A stretch of 64,000 nt of DNA from Clostridia bacterium (GTDB taxonomy: Bacteria > Bacillota > Clostridia > UMGS1883), in the NCBI GenBank assembly GCA_051866635.1, contig JBJDXJ010000046.1, positions 1 through 64,000 of the forward strand, given 5' to 3'. This document shows, in pieces, positions 10,531 to 20,481 of the stretch (its first letter is position 1; the number at the start of each line of letters is the position of its first letter). Made by a program: the position numbers and the translations under genes. The notes under the pieces are model-generated. The model ran no database searches. It was not told the DNA's origin and was given only the letters and a program-made list of their open reading frames with translations.

Positions 10531-11394
10531 CTATTCCACTTCTTTTTCGATAATTGCAATACCTGCCGCATTCATGCCCACATGGCATGCAATACTGCAG
10601 GGCAATTGCCAGTAGCCCACAGAAAATTCGGGGAACTCCTCCTGCACCATTTTAAGCCACTTTTCCGCTTTTTCTTCGCTTTCAAAAGTTCCCGCTGTAT
10701 CAATTTCAAGCTGTGAATTCTCTTTATCGTTAAAACGTTCCTCCCTGTCCTTTTTTATTGCCTTTATCATTTCTCTTTCCGCCTGATTTAAGCCTCTCAC
10801 CTTGGCATGAGTGTCCAATTTATCACCTTGAATTGTAAGAACAGGCTTTATATTGAGTACCGTTGCAAAGGCTGCCACAGCGGGAGTAATTCTGCCGCCT
10901 TTTTTCAAATATTCCAAAGAATCTACCGTTACGAATATGCTTGCATTATATGCACGTTCTTCTAAGTATGATTTGATTTCTTTAGCAGTGTATCCCCTCT
11001 TTGCAAGTGATAAAGCCGCATAGACAGACTCCTTTTGTGTTACGGAAATTCTGTGATTGTCCACCACACAAACTTTACCGTCAAGATCGCTTGCAAAGAG
11101 TATTGCATTTTGACAGGAACCGCTTAATCCGCTTGACATGGGGATGTAGACAATTTCATCATAGCCTGAGTTTAAAAGCTCCTCCCAAAACTCCATAAGC
11201 TGTCCCGGTGAAGGCTGAGATGTAGAAATATCTTTATGCTCTTTCATAGCTTCATAAAGCTCACTGTTTGTTATATTTTCACCCTCTAAGTACATTTCAC
11301 CGTCAATGATTACAGGCATCGGAAGCACGTGAATATCTTTATTTTCATCCTTCAATATACCGCTGTTTGAATCTGTTGCTATAGCTATGTTCAT
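10531..11394 (-). CDS. DegV/FakB fatty-acid-binding protein
   Basis: IAIATDS, STSQPSPG, MSSGLSGS, LEYLKKGGRI, NIKPVL, HVG; start at ATG 11394 with AAGGAG RBS. Confidence 0.93.
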   Translation of the reverse strand: MNIAIATDSNSGILKDENKDIHVLPMPVIIDGEMYLEGENITNSELYEAMKEHKDISTSQPSPGQLMEFWEELLNSGYDEIVYIPMSSGLSGSCQNAILFASDLDGKVCVVDNHRISVTQKESVYAALSLAKRGYTAKEIKSYLEERAYNASIFVTVDSLEYLKKGGRITPAVAAFATVLNIKPVLTIQGDKLDTHAKVRGLNQAEREMIKAIKKDREERFNDKENSQLEIDTAGTFESEEKAEKWLKMVQEEFPEFSVGYWQLPCSIACHVGMNAAGIAIIEKEVE

Positions 11395-11436
11395 TTTTAT
11401 ACGGCTCCTTTTGTTGACTAATTTAAAATCTGTGAT

Positions 11437-11512
11437 ATGATACAATTGTATCATGTTATGCGGGTTAATTCAACCACAGTTAATGAAACAATATCTCAAA
11501 TTATGTTTCATT
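11437..11512. promoter_or_regulatory. Candidate TetR operators between divergent degV and tetR
   Basis: Perfect 18 bp palindrome ATGATACAATTGTATCAT (11437-11454) and related inverted repeat AATGAAACA-N13-TGTTTCATT (11482-11512). Confidence 0.65.
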
Positions 11513-11528
11513 TTCAGAAAGGATAAGT

Positions 11529-12068
11529 ATGGATAAACGAAAAAAAGAAAACATCAGGGTAAAAAGCAGTATTACAGATGCACTGTTTTCTCTTATGGAA
11601 AAAAAGAGCATTAACGACATTCACATTACCGAGCTTGTGGAAAAAGCCCATGTTGCCCGAGCCTCCTTTTACAGAAACTATTCTTCCAAGGATGATATTA
11701 TTATTACCCTTATACGTGACATTTTAGACGATTACCGTGAAGGAAGTGACCTTGAGAATAAAAGCATTTACGATTATGAAAATGTTTTAAGATGCTTTCA
11801 GTATTTCAGGAAGTACCAAAGCTATATACTTAATTTACAGCGTTGCGGTTATACATCCGTTTTGCTGGAGGAATTGAATAATTTTCATGTTAGTATCGAA
11901 GGGGATATGCCCCGTGATTCCATTGAAAAATACCAACTTTACATGTACATAGGGGCACTTTTAAATACGGCAATAAACTATCTTACAGATGAAAGGGAAA
12001 TTTCAGAGGAAGATATTGCCCTGTACTTTTTTACAAAAACCAATAAAAAGCCGTCTGTGGAAGCATAA
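11529..12068 (+). CDS. TetR/AcrR-family regulator
   Basis: N-terminal HTH ITDALFSLM..K.I..I.ITELVEKAHVARASFYRNY.SK. Confidence 0.9.
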   Translation: MDKRKKENIRVKSSITDALFSLMEKKSINDIHITELVEKAHVARASFYRNYSSKDDIIITLIRDILDDYREGSDLENKSIYDYENVLRCFQYFRKYQSYILNLQRCGYTSVLLEELNNFHVSIEGDMPRDSIEKYQLYMYIGALLNTAINYLTDEREISEEDIALYFFTKTNKKPSVEA

Positions 12069-12086
12069 ACTTTCACAGACGGCTTT
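12046..12086 (+). terminator. Hairpin overlapping tetR stop codon, directly followed by MITE
   Basis: AAAGCCGTCTGTGGAAG...CTTTCACAGACGGCTTT. Confidence 0.65.
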
Positions 12087-12316
12087 AGCGTGTCGAAATG
12101 TCGACACGTGACCTCAAAGGCGGACTACGTCGTTGGGCACTTTGAGGTCTAATATTTTTAAGGAACAAAGTGGCAATTTCTCGTGCAAGGGGTCTACGAC
12201 CCCCTAAAATAGCCACTTTCGGAGCCGAAAATGTGATTTCCGGCTCCGATTTCATTTGGGGAGTCTTACTCCCCAAACCCCTTGCGACTGAATAAAAATA
12301 GGTTTATCGACAGACT
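12087..12316. mobile_element. 230 bp MITE-like element, family A, copy 1
   Basis: Inverted copy of the same length at 58943-59172; imperfect TIRs AGCGTGTCGAAA / TTTATCGACAGACT; multiple internal hairpins; no credible ORF. Confidence 0.85.
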
Positions 12317-12325
12317 TATTATTTA

Positions 12326-12709
12326 TCAAACGAGAGGTTCGGGTCTATAAATAAGGTGGAGGATATTGCCTTCAATATCACGGAAGAAGAATGTGGAAAT
12401 ACCCTTTGCACTTGTTGCAGGCTCTGTTACAACTTCAACATTTTCTGCCATAAGTCTTTCAACAGACGCATCAAAATCGTCAACGGATATTGCAATATGG
12501 CGTATGCCCTGACGCTTGGGTGACAAGTCTTCCCTTTCGTTTTCGTCGCAGGGGATAAATTCAATCATGCTTTTATCCGAAAATGCAAGGAAAATTGTAC
12601 CCTTGCCGTTGTCATAAACGACTTCTGTGTCAAATACCTTTCTGTACCAATCTGTAAGTGATTTTGTGTCCTTTGCAATAATTGCAAGATGTTCAATACC
12701 GAATTTCAT
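12326..12709 (-). CDS. VOC/glyoxalase-family protein
   Basis: IEHLAI...WY..VF; GIRHIAISVDD; FFFRDIEGNILHL. Confidence 0.88.
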   Translation of the reverse strand: MKFGIEHLAIIAKDTKSLTDWYRKVFDTEVVYDNGKGTIFLAFSDKSMIEFIPCDENEREDLSPKRQGIRHIAISVDDFDASVERLMAENVEVVTEPATSAKGISTFFFRDIEGNILHLIYRPEPLV

Positions 12710-12750
12710 GTTTTTAGTCCTTTCTTTTTATAATTTATATTTTAATTTTT

Positions 12751-15015
12751 TTACCTTCTCGGAGGCGGAGGGCCGGGAGGTCCGCCCGGTCCTCTGCCTC
12801 TGCCGCCGCCACCGCGACCTTCATCTGCATTAAAGTTCATTGCGTTCATTGTACGCTGTGCTTTTACAAGTCCTGCATAAATGCCGTCCCTTTCCATAAG
12901 GAAGTCATGGGTACCTGTTTCGGCTATTCTGCCCTCCTCTAAAACAATGAGCCTGTCTGCATTTTTTAGGGTGGACAGCCTGTGTGCTATAGCAAAGGTT
13001 GTTCTTCCCTTTATAAGCCTTTTTAAAGCCTGTTGAATCTGTGCTTCCGTTTCAGTATCAACGGAAGCCGTTGCTTCATCAAGTATAAGTATCTTCGGGT
13101 CGGTTATTACCGCACGGGCTATGGCAATACGCTGTCTTTCGCCACCTGACAGTCTGTAACCCTTTTCGCCTACATAGGTGTCATAGCCGTTGGGAAGTCG
13201 CATGATAAAATCGTGGGCGTTTGCAATCTTTGCCGCACGTATAACGTCGTCAACAGTTGCATCGGGCTTTGCATAGCAGATGTTTGACAGAATACTTCCT
13301 GAGAAAAGGTAGCTTTCCTGCAAAACTACACCAAGGTTGTGCTTGTAGTACGTTTTGTCAATATGTGAAATATCCACACCGCCTATTTCAATTTTTCCCT
13401 CGTCCACATCATAAAGACGCATAAGAAGGTTAATAAGGGTACTTTTACCTGCACCTGAATGACCTACAAGACCAATCATTTCCCCTGATTTAACATGGAA
13501 TGAAAAGTCCTTTATTACACTTTGGTAGCTTTTATAGCCGAAGGTTACATTTTTAAATTCAATATCCCCTGTAAGATCCGGTGTAACAGTTTCTACCTCT
13601 GTTTCCAAATCCGACTCTTCGTCCAAAACTTCAAACACACGCTGAGCACTCACTGCCACTTCGCTTAAGTGCCTTGGAAGCATGCTGAACCAGTCAAGAC
13701 GGTTATAAAGGTAAGACGCATAGGTTGAAAACTGCATCAGTTCACCCAATGTAAGAGAGCTTTTCACAACAAGGCTTCCGCCGTACAAAAGCACAAAATA
13801 ACTGCCGAAGCCAATTAAAAACCATATGAGGGGCCATATTGTACCCGAGAACTTATCGTTATCGATTGTCTGTTCCCTAACTTCAATTGCCACATCGTTA
13901 AATGCCCCTATTGCGGCTTCTTCACGGCCAAATGCCTTTACAACACGCATGCCGTTTAAAATGTCGTTTAGTTTACTTGTCATTTTATCGGTCTTACGCC
14001 ATTGGATGTGATACCTTCTTCCCACCTGATGCTTTACTTTGTTCACGATTACAAGGACATGGGGAATAGGCACCAGAATAAGTATTGCCATTTTCCAGTT
14101 ATAGGCAAAAAGCACCACTGCAACGCATATAAACAAAATTATTTCGTTCAATGCCATAATTGCAATGTTCTGAATGAAATTACCAATCCGTCTGGTATCA
14201 CGGTTTATTCGTTGCATCATGTCCCCTGTTTTTTTGCTTTCAAGTTTGCCGATGCCCATGCTTTGAAGTTTTGAATAAACCTCACGCCTTAAATCTTTCA
14301 CCAAAAGACTGCTTGCCTTTACGGAAAAAATACGTCTTGCAATTGTAATTGCCGTTGCAATCATGTTACAAAGTGCCGTAAGTAAAACAAATATAAGTAA
14401 AACCTTAATTGTTCCGTTGGGGTTTGTGATGGCATCGTTAATCATTCTTTTCTGAATTTCGGGGGTTATAAGCATTACAGCCGAATTAAGCCAGAATAAA
14501 ACTAAAATACCTATGTACAAGTTTTTGCAATTTGATGCAAGATGGAAAAGGCGTTTGAACATACCCAGTTTGTCCGAACATTCAGGGCAAATTCTTGTAT
14601 TTCTCAAATAATTTCTTCCGCATTTCGGACACTTACGGGATTCGTCATAACTTTCATGAAATCTTTCTTCCCCGTCAATAAATTCACAAACTATCCTTTC
14701 CATCATGGCAAACTGAGGCATAAATTCCGCTGTAAAATTTGACATAACGTGCCATATTCCGTCAACCTTAACCTCCAATCTGCCGCATCCTACCATTTCA
14801 CTGTTTTTCACTTGGGTTACTTTATTTTTTAAAAACACCTGTTCAATGGAATTATCAATTACGGAAATTAAATTTGTTTTGGTAATTATAAAATACCCTT
14901 TTATAAAATTTCCTTTTGGGGAAATATCAAAAGGAACGGCATATATAATTTCACCTAAGGAGGCACTTTCAATTTTTTCTTCAACCCCTGCATCCAAAGG
15001 GCATTTCAAAATCAT
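12751..15015 (-). CDS. ABC exporter (TMD+NBD fused) with N-terminal extension and CxxC-CxxC knuckle; Gly/Pro/Arg tail
   Basis: GHSGAGKS, LSGGERQR, ILDEATASVD, IAHRLST; CPKCG...CPEC. Confidence 0.92.
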   Translation of the reverse strand: MILKCPLDAGVEEKIESASLGEIIYAVPFDISPKGNFIKGYFIITKTNLISVIDNSIEQVFLKNKVTQVKNSEMVGCGRLEVKVDGIWHVMSNFTAEFMPQFAMMERIVCEFIDGEERFHESYDESRKCPKCGRNYLRNTRICPECSDKLGMFKRLFHLASNCKNLYIGILVLFWLNSAVMLITPEIQKRMINDAITNPNGTIKVLLIFVLLTALCNMIATAITIARRIFSVKASSLLVKDLRREVYSKLQSMGIGKLESKKTGDMMQRINRDTRRIGNFIQNIAIMALNEIILFICVAVVLFAYNWKMAILILVPIPHVLVIVNKVKHQVGRRYHIQWRKTDKMTSKLNDILNGMRVVKAFGREEAAIGAFNDVAIEVREQTIDNDKFSGTIWPLIWFLIGFGSYFVLLYGGSLVVKSSLTLGELMQFSTYASYLYNRLDWFSMLPRHLSEVAVSAQRVFEVLDEESDLETEVETVTPDLTGDIEFKNVTFGYKSYQSVIKDFSFHVKSGEMIGLVGHSGAGKSTLINLLMRLYDVDEGKIEIGGVDISHIDKTYYKHNLGVVLQESYLFSGSILSNICYAKPDATVDDVIRAAKIANAHDFIMRLPNGYDTYVGEKGYRLSGGERQRIAIARAVITDPKILILDEATASVDTETEAQIQQALKRLIKGRTTFAIAHRLSTLKNADRLIVLEEGRIAETGTHDFLMERDGIYAGLVKAQRTMNAMNFNADEGRGGGGRGRGPGGPPGPPPPRR

Positions 15016-15027
15016 AAACTTCCCTCC

Positions 15028-15555
15028 TTACAGCCATATATCAAGAATTTTCATTGCCTTGTCATCTGCCTTTTTTAAGTCCGGAATAAGATATCTTGAC
15101 CCGTCAACATCAATAAGCATCAGGGAATTTTCACTTATTCTTACAAGACTTGAAGCCATATCAAAGGTGGTAAAACTTCTTTCGCCGCAATTTGTCTGAA
15201 CCTCCCAGTATGTATGACCGAATTCCTCTTTAACATTATTAACCTTCTCTATTTCGGGAACGAAGTAACGCCTGTCAAGCTCATGATTGATAAGTTCCTT
15301 CTGGTCCTTATCAAATGGTGCAATTTCTTCAATTATGCCCATTTCCGTATTTCTGTCACGGTGACCTTCACTCATTCGCCTGACCGAGATATATTTATCC
15401 TTCATATGAAGGGGGAAAAGCCTTAATAAATCAACCCTTCCCACATCATTACCGTCAATTACGGCACCTAAAAGTCCGCCTTTTGTTTCGTAAAACTTTA
15501 TATCATTTTTTGTAAGATACCTTATCTGTGCCGCTTCTCTGAATTCATTTTTCAT
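15028..15555 (-). CDS. DUF1854-family protein
   Basis: RLFPL...YISVR, ELDRRYFVPEI..V..VKEEFG..YWEVQT..GER.F, DVDG.RY.IPD; start at ATG 15555 behind GAGGTG. Confidence 0.82.
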   Translation of the reverse strand: MKNEFREAAQIRYLTKNDIKFYETKGGLLGAVIDGNDVGRVDLLRLFPLHMKDKYISVRRMSEGHRDRNTEMGIIEEIAPFDKDQKELINHELDRRYFVPEIEKVNNVKEEFGHTYWEVQTNCGERSFTTFDMASSLVRISENSLMLIDVDGSRYLIPDLKKADDKAMKILDIWL

Positions 15556-17779
15556 CTTCCGCACCTCGCAATTTCAAAGCTTCCTTCTGCTTGCCTAACA
15601 TGTCGGCATATATTCCACCCATTTTTTCAAGTTCCTCATGGGTGCCCTGTTCTGCAATTTCGCCCTGTTCGATTACAACAAGTCTGTCCGCATTTTTTAA
15701 TGTTGACAATCTGTGTGCTATGGCAATGGTTGTTCTGCCTTTTGTAAGGGTATCAATTGCCTGCTGTATCTGAAGCTCCGTTTCCGTATCAACAGATGCG
15801 GTCGCTTCATCAAGTATTAATATAGCAGGGTCAAGAAGGATTGCCCTTGCAATATTAATTCTCTGCCTTTCGCCACCTGAGAGGTTTGTGGAACGCTTGC
15901 CCAATTCCGTTTCATAGCCGTCGGGAAGCTTCATAATAAAGTCATGGGCATTTGCAAGGCGTGCCGCACAAATAATCTCTTCCATTGTGGCATCGGGTCT
16001 TGCGTAAGCGATATTTTCCATTATTGTGCCCGAAAAAAGATGTGTTTCCTGTAAAACCATACCTATACGCCTGTGTAAATCATCAGGATAAATGTCCTTA
16101 ATATTCACATTGTCAATTGTAATTTCACCTTCTTCAACATCGTAAAGACGGGTGATTATATTTGTAATTGTACTTTTGCCGGCACCTGAATGACCCACAA
16201 GCCCTATCATTTCGCCCTTTTTAATATCAAGATTAATATTTTTAAGAACGGGCTTATTGGGTTCATAGGAGAAGGTTACGTTTTTAAGTGAAATGTTTCC
16301 TTCGATATTTTTCATCCTTACAGGATTTTTTGAAGGCATAACTTCGCTTTTACGGTCTATTATTTCAAAAAGTCTGTGTGCACAGTTTAAACATTCCGTC
16401 AGCCAGTCAATGCTGTTTACGATGGAATCAATAGGTCCTAAAACCATGCTCATGTACCCTACAAAGGTCATAAGCATACCAAAGGTCATATTTGTTCCCT
16501 CCATAACCTGAGCACCACCCACTGCCCATACAAAAAGACCGCCCAGCTGTGTTATGTAGCCCATTACAGGGAAGGTTTTTGCACCCCGTATCCCCTCTTT
16601 TATGCTGGCATCGTAAAGCTCACCCGATGCTTTGTCAAAGCGGTCAATTTCACTTTCTTCATTACCGAATGCCTTTACAACTCTTATGCCTGAAAGTGCA
16701 TCGTTAATTACGGAATTAAGTTTGCTCCTTTTCTGCCAGGAGGCATTTTTCACCTTTCTGAATTTTGGGAAGGACACCTTCATCATATAAACGGTGAAAG
16801 GTACGGGAATGAACACAATTACGCTTAAAAGAGGGTTCATACCAAACATTACAACAACCGTACCTATAAGTGTTAAAACATTTATAACAAAATCGGGTAT
16901 TCTGTACAAAATAGTAGTACAAATCTCTTCCGCATCGTTATTGACCCTGTTCATAAGACTGCCTGTGTGCTGTGAATTAAAAAAGCTCATTGAAAGATGC
17001 TGCATAGCGGAAAACACCTGTGATTTTATGTCAAACACAATATTTGCCGACACAACTGCCGCAATACGTTCCTTGAAAATGCCAAGAAAAAGCTTTACCA
17101 CTTCCAGCAAAATAAGGGCAAAGACAACAGGCAGTACCATTCCGAAATATTTACCGCCTTCTGTTAATACCTCATCATAAAAGGTTGTACCGCTTACATA
17201 AGGACGGAGAACACCTACAAGGGAGGTAAGCACCATCAGAACACCCATAGCGGCAATGTGGAACTTGTATTTGGGCAGATACCCCAAAAGCCTTATTATA
17301 ATAGCTTTTCTGTTCATGCATTTAGGGCATATTTTTCTCCTTGGGTCACGGTACACTCTGCCGCAGGTGGGGCATACGTTATCGTCACCCATAGTTTCAA
17401 AATCCTCATCGGCAGGTACTTTTTTATCCTTAAGCTTCATCACAACCATACTGAAGCGTCCTGCGGTACGGTTTAAAGAGTTTGAATAAAAGGCAATTGG
17501 ATAACATTCCCCATCTCTTTTAATTACAAACTGTCCCGTATTTATAAAGCCTTCGTTATGAATTTCTTCAAAAGAGTCATAATCATAAGTTGACATAGCT
17601 TTTGTCTTTACATCTATGACACGAAGCTTATCTTCATATGCCAAAAGCCATACAGTGCCGTAATGCAAATCAGAATCCATATCGCAACATATTGTTGCCA
17701 CAGGATTATCGAGCCCGTAAGATGCGATTACTGACAATATTGTATTATCAAGTTCAGAAAAACCTTTTACCAAGACCAT
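15545..17779 (-). CDS. ABC exporter (TMD+NBD fused) with N-terminal extension and CxxC-CxxC knuckle
   Basis: GHSGAGKS, LSGGERQR, ILDEATASVD; CPTCG...CPKC; start ATG 17779 or TTG 17773. Confidence 0.92.
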   Translation of the reverse strand: MVLVKGFSELDNTILSVIASYGLDNPVATICCDMDSDLHYGTVWLLAYEDKLRVIDVKTKAMSTYDYDSFEEIHNEGFINTGQFVIKRDGECYPIAFYSNSLNRTAGRFSMVVMKLKDKKVPADEDFETMGDDNVCPTCGRVYRDPRRKICPKCMNRKAIIIRLLGYLPKYKFHIAAMGVLMVLTSLVGVLRPYVSGTTFYDEVLTEGGKYFGMVLPVVFALILLEVVKLFLGIFKERIAAVVSANIVFDIKSQVFSAMQHLSMSFFNSQHTGSLMNRVNNDAEEICTTILYRIPDFVINVLTLIGTVVVMFGMNPLLSVIVFIPVPFTVYMMKVSFPKFRKVKNASWQKRSKLNSVINDALSGIRVVKAFGNEESEIDRFDKASGELYDASIKEGIRGAKTFPVMGYITQLGGLFVWAVGGAQVMEGTNMTFGMLMTFVGYMSMVLGPIDSIVNSIDWLTECLNCAHRLFEIIDRKSEVMPSKNPVRMKNIEGNISLKNVTFSYEPNKPVLKNINLDIKKGEMIGLVGHSGAGKSTITNIITRLYDVEEGEITIDNVNIKDIYPDDLHRRIGMVLQETHLFSGTIMENIAYARPDATMEEIICAARLANAHDFIMKLPDGYETELGKRSTNLSGGERQRINIARAILLDPAILILDEATASVDTETELQIQQAIDTLTKGRTTIAIAHRLSTLKNADRLVVIEQGEIAEQGTHEELEKMGGIYADMLGKQKEALKLRGAEDEK

Positions 17780-17961
17780 CCCCCCTTTTAATCCAATTAT
17801 TAGTATACCAACTATTTTTTTGAAAAGCAATATTTTTTCAAATATTTTAAATTTTATGTAGAATTTTTTCTTTACATATGTTATTATATGATAGATAGTG
17901 TGTCACTTTGGCATACCTTATATTTCTAACACTACTTCCTTTCAGAAAGGCAACGGTATTT

Positions 17962-20469
17962 ATGGCAACACAACAGAGAAAAAGAATATCAAAAACAACT
18001 TCAACAGGCAGAAAGAGAGCGACCGAAAAGAAAAGTACGGCAAAAAGCAAGGCTGTACGCACTCCCATGCGGCGTGAAATAAAGATATTTATATCATCAT
18101 TTGTTACACTTGTTCTATTTTTGTCCTACTACACTCCCCTTTTCGGAGCGGTAGGCAACTTTGTAAGGAAAGTCGGTCTTGCGTTTTTTGGCTATCCGGC
18201 TTACGCATTGCCTGTTTTTATCGGCATATTTATATTGCATAAATCAATCAAGGGCTCTGTGAAGCCATATCGTGTCACATATATCTATGCCTTGGGCGTG
18301 ATGCTTCTTTTAAGCTTTATGGCAACTATAAACGCCTCTACAGGGGACACAGAATACCTTGTGACAACAAGCGTTTTCGACAGTGTTGTTCAGTGTATAA
18401 ATAACGGCATAACAACTACCGATGGCGGACTTTTAGGTGCATTGGGTATACCCCTTATGGCACTTTGCAGTCCTTTCGGTGCAAGGCTTCTGATTGTTTT
18501 CGGAATAGTTTTTTTGGTTGCCGCAATTACGAAGTTTATCCCCATTATCTGGGTTATTAATTTAATACGTGACAATATTGTATTATTACAAGAAAAATTC
18601 AGGGAGGTTTCTTCCGAAATTGAGGAAGACGAAGCTGAATACGAAGAGGGAAATGACATAAAGCCTAAAAAGGTCCGTGAGGTAAAGGTAAAAGAAAAGA
18701 ACAAGCAGATGGAGCTTGACTTTGAAAAGGCAAAGGAAGATGAAGAAAAGAACCCTGATTCCAAGAAATCATTTGCCTTACCCACAGTAAAAAGTAAGCC
18801 GTTGGAAGAAAAAAAGGCTGATAAGGACCCATTGGAAAATGCCAGCATCAATATTTTCCTCCCTTCAGAAAATACGGAAGAAGAAGAAAAACAGGCAGAA
18901 GTTAATCTTCCAAAGCCTTCAGAAAATATAAAAGAGGATTTGACAGTTACGGTTGAACCTTCAGCACCTGTTTTAAAAAGCGAACCTAACACTGCAATCG
19001 GATTGAGCGAGGATGAATTTATCGAGCCTGTAAAGCCCTATGTATTTCCGCCCATAAACCTTCTTGAAAAAAATACGGAACGTGCCCCTTCAGGCAAAGG
19101 AGGCGATTTAAGGGAACAGGCAAGGGTCCTTATTGAAACATTAAAAAGCTTTGGTGTTGAAGCAAAAATTCTGGAGGTTAATAAAGGTCCTACGGTAACA
19201 CGTTTTGAACTCCAGCCTGCAACAGGCGTAAAGGTAAGTAAAATTGTAAACTTAGCTGACGACATTGCATTAAACCTTGCGGCTCTGTCAGTGCGTATTG
19301 AAGCTCCTATCCCCGGAAAGGCCGCTGTAGGTATTGAAATACCAAATGCAGGCGGTGCTTTGGTAAGATTAAGGGAAGTTATCGACTCTGAGGAATTTAA
19401 GTCCTTTAATGCCAAAACAGCATTTGCTTTAGGCAAAAACATAACGGGTACGCCCATTGTAACCGACATTGCAAAAATGCCTCACGTGCTTATTGCAGGT
19501 GCTACGGGTTCAGGTAAAAGTGTGTGCATAAATTCCCTTATTACAAGTATTATTTACAAGGCGGACCCCCGAGAAGTCAAATTTATCATGATTGACCCCA
19601 AGGTGGTTGAGCTTAAGGTGTACAACGGTATTCCCCACCTTTTAATCCCTGTTGTTACAGACCCGAGAAAAGCTGCAGGTGCACTTAACTGGGCAGTACA
19701 GGAAATGACAAAGCGTTATAAAATGTTTGCTGACAATAACGTGAGAGATATTAAAGGCTATAACGAGCTTGCCCTTCTTCAAGGCGAAAAACAGCTTGAA
19801 CAAATTATTATTATAGTAGATGAACTTGCAGATTTAATGATGGTTGCACCCCGTGATGTGGAAGATGCCATTTGCCGATTGGCACAGATGGCGAGAGCCG
19901 CAGGTATGCACCTTGTTGTTGCAACACAGCGTCCTTCTGTTGACGTTATCACAGGTGTTATCAAGGCTAACATACCTTCACGTATTGCCTTTGCAGTATC
20001 CAGCCAGATTGACTCAAGAACAATTTTAGATATGGGTGGTGCAGAAAAGCTCTTAGGCAAGGGCGATATGCTGTTTTTGCCCATGGGTGCATCAAAGCCC
20101 ACACGTATTCAAGGTGCTTTTATTACCGATAAGGAAGTCGAAAAGGTTGTAGACTTTGTTAAACAGGAAGATGTTAAGTACGATGAAGACGTTATGGAAA
20201 AAATAGAAAACGGTGTTTCAGGTGAAAAAGCACCTGACGGCGGTGATGCCGACGAGCTTTTGCCCAGTGCAATCGAAATCGTTGTTGAAGCAGGACAGGC
20301 CTCCGCTTCCCTTCTTCAAAGAAGATTAAAGGTAGGCTACAGCCGTGCAGGCAGGCTTATAGACCAGCTTGAGGAAAGGGGAATTATAGGTCCTCATGAA
20401 GGTGCAAAGCCCCGTTCGGTTTTAATCAGCCGTGCAGAATATGCGGAAATGACAATGCAATCAGAATAA
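17962..20469 (+). CDS. ftsK: DNA translocase FtsK/SpoIIIE
   Basis: N-terminal TMs, [27 protein letters not shown], gamma domain [15 protein letters not shown]. Confidence 0.96.
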   Translation: MATQQRKRISKTTSTGRKRATEKKSTAKSKAVRTPMRREIKIFISSFVTLVLFLSYYTPLFGAVGNFVRKVGLAFFGYPAYALPVFIGIFILHKSIKGSVKPYRVTYIYALGVMLLLSFMATINASTGDTEYLVTTSVFDSVVQCINNGITTTDGGLLGALGIPLMALCSPFGARLLIVFGIVFLVAAITKFIPIIWVINLIRDNIVLLQEKFREVSSEIEEDEAEYEEGNDIKPKKVREVKVKEKNKQMELDFEKAKEDEEKNPDSKKSFALPTVKSKPLEEKKADKDPLENASINIFLPSENTEEEEKQAEVNLPKPSENIKEDLTVTVEPSAPVLKSEPNTAIGLSEDEFIEPVKPYVFPPINLLEKNTERAPSGKGGDLREQARVLIETLKSFGVEAKILEVNKGPTVTRFELQPATGVKVSKIVNLADDIALNLAALSVRIEAPIPGKAAVGIEIPNAGGALVRLREVIDSEEFKSFNAKTAFALGKNITGTPIVTDIAKMPHVLIAGATGSGKSVCINSLITSIIYKADPREVKFIMIDPKVVELKVYNGIPHLLIPVVTDPRKAAGALNWAVQEMTKRYKMFADNNVRDIKGYNELALLQGEKQLEQIIIIVDELADLMMVAPRDVEDAICRLAQMARAAGMHLVVATQRPSVDVITGVIKANIPSRIAFAVSSQIDSRTILDMGGAEKLLGKGDMLFLPMGASKPTRIQGAFITDKEVEKVVDFVKQEDVKYDEDVMEKIENGVSGEKAPDGGDADELLPSAIEIVVEAGQASASLLQRRLKVGYSRAGRLIDQLEERGIIGPHEGAKPRSVLISRAEYAEMTMQSE

Positions 20470-20481
20470 CAGGAGCAGAAA

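Noticed and set aside
12085-12276. Small ORFs within MITE-like inserts (also 58939-59250 and 8947-9141)
   Set aside because: Starts and lengths are not conserved between the two family A copies; no transposase motifs
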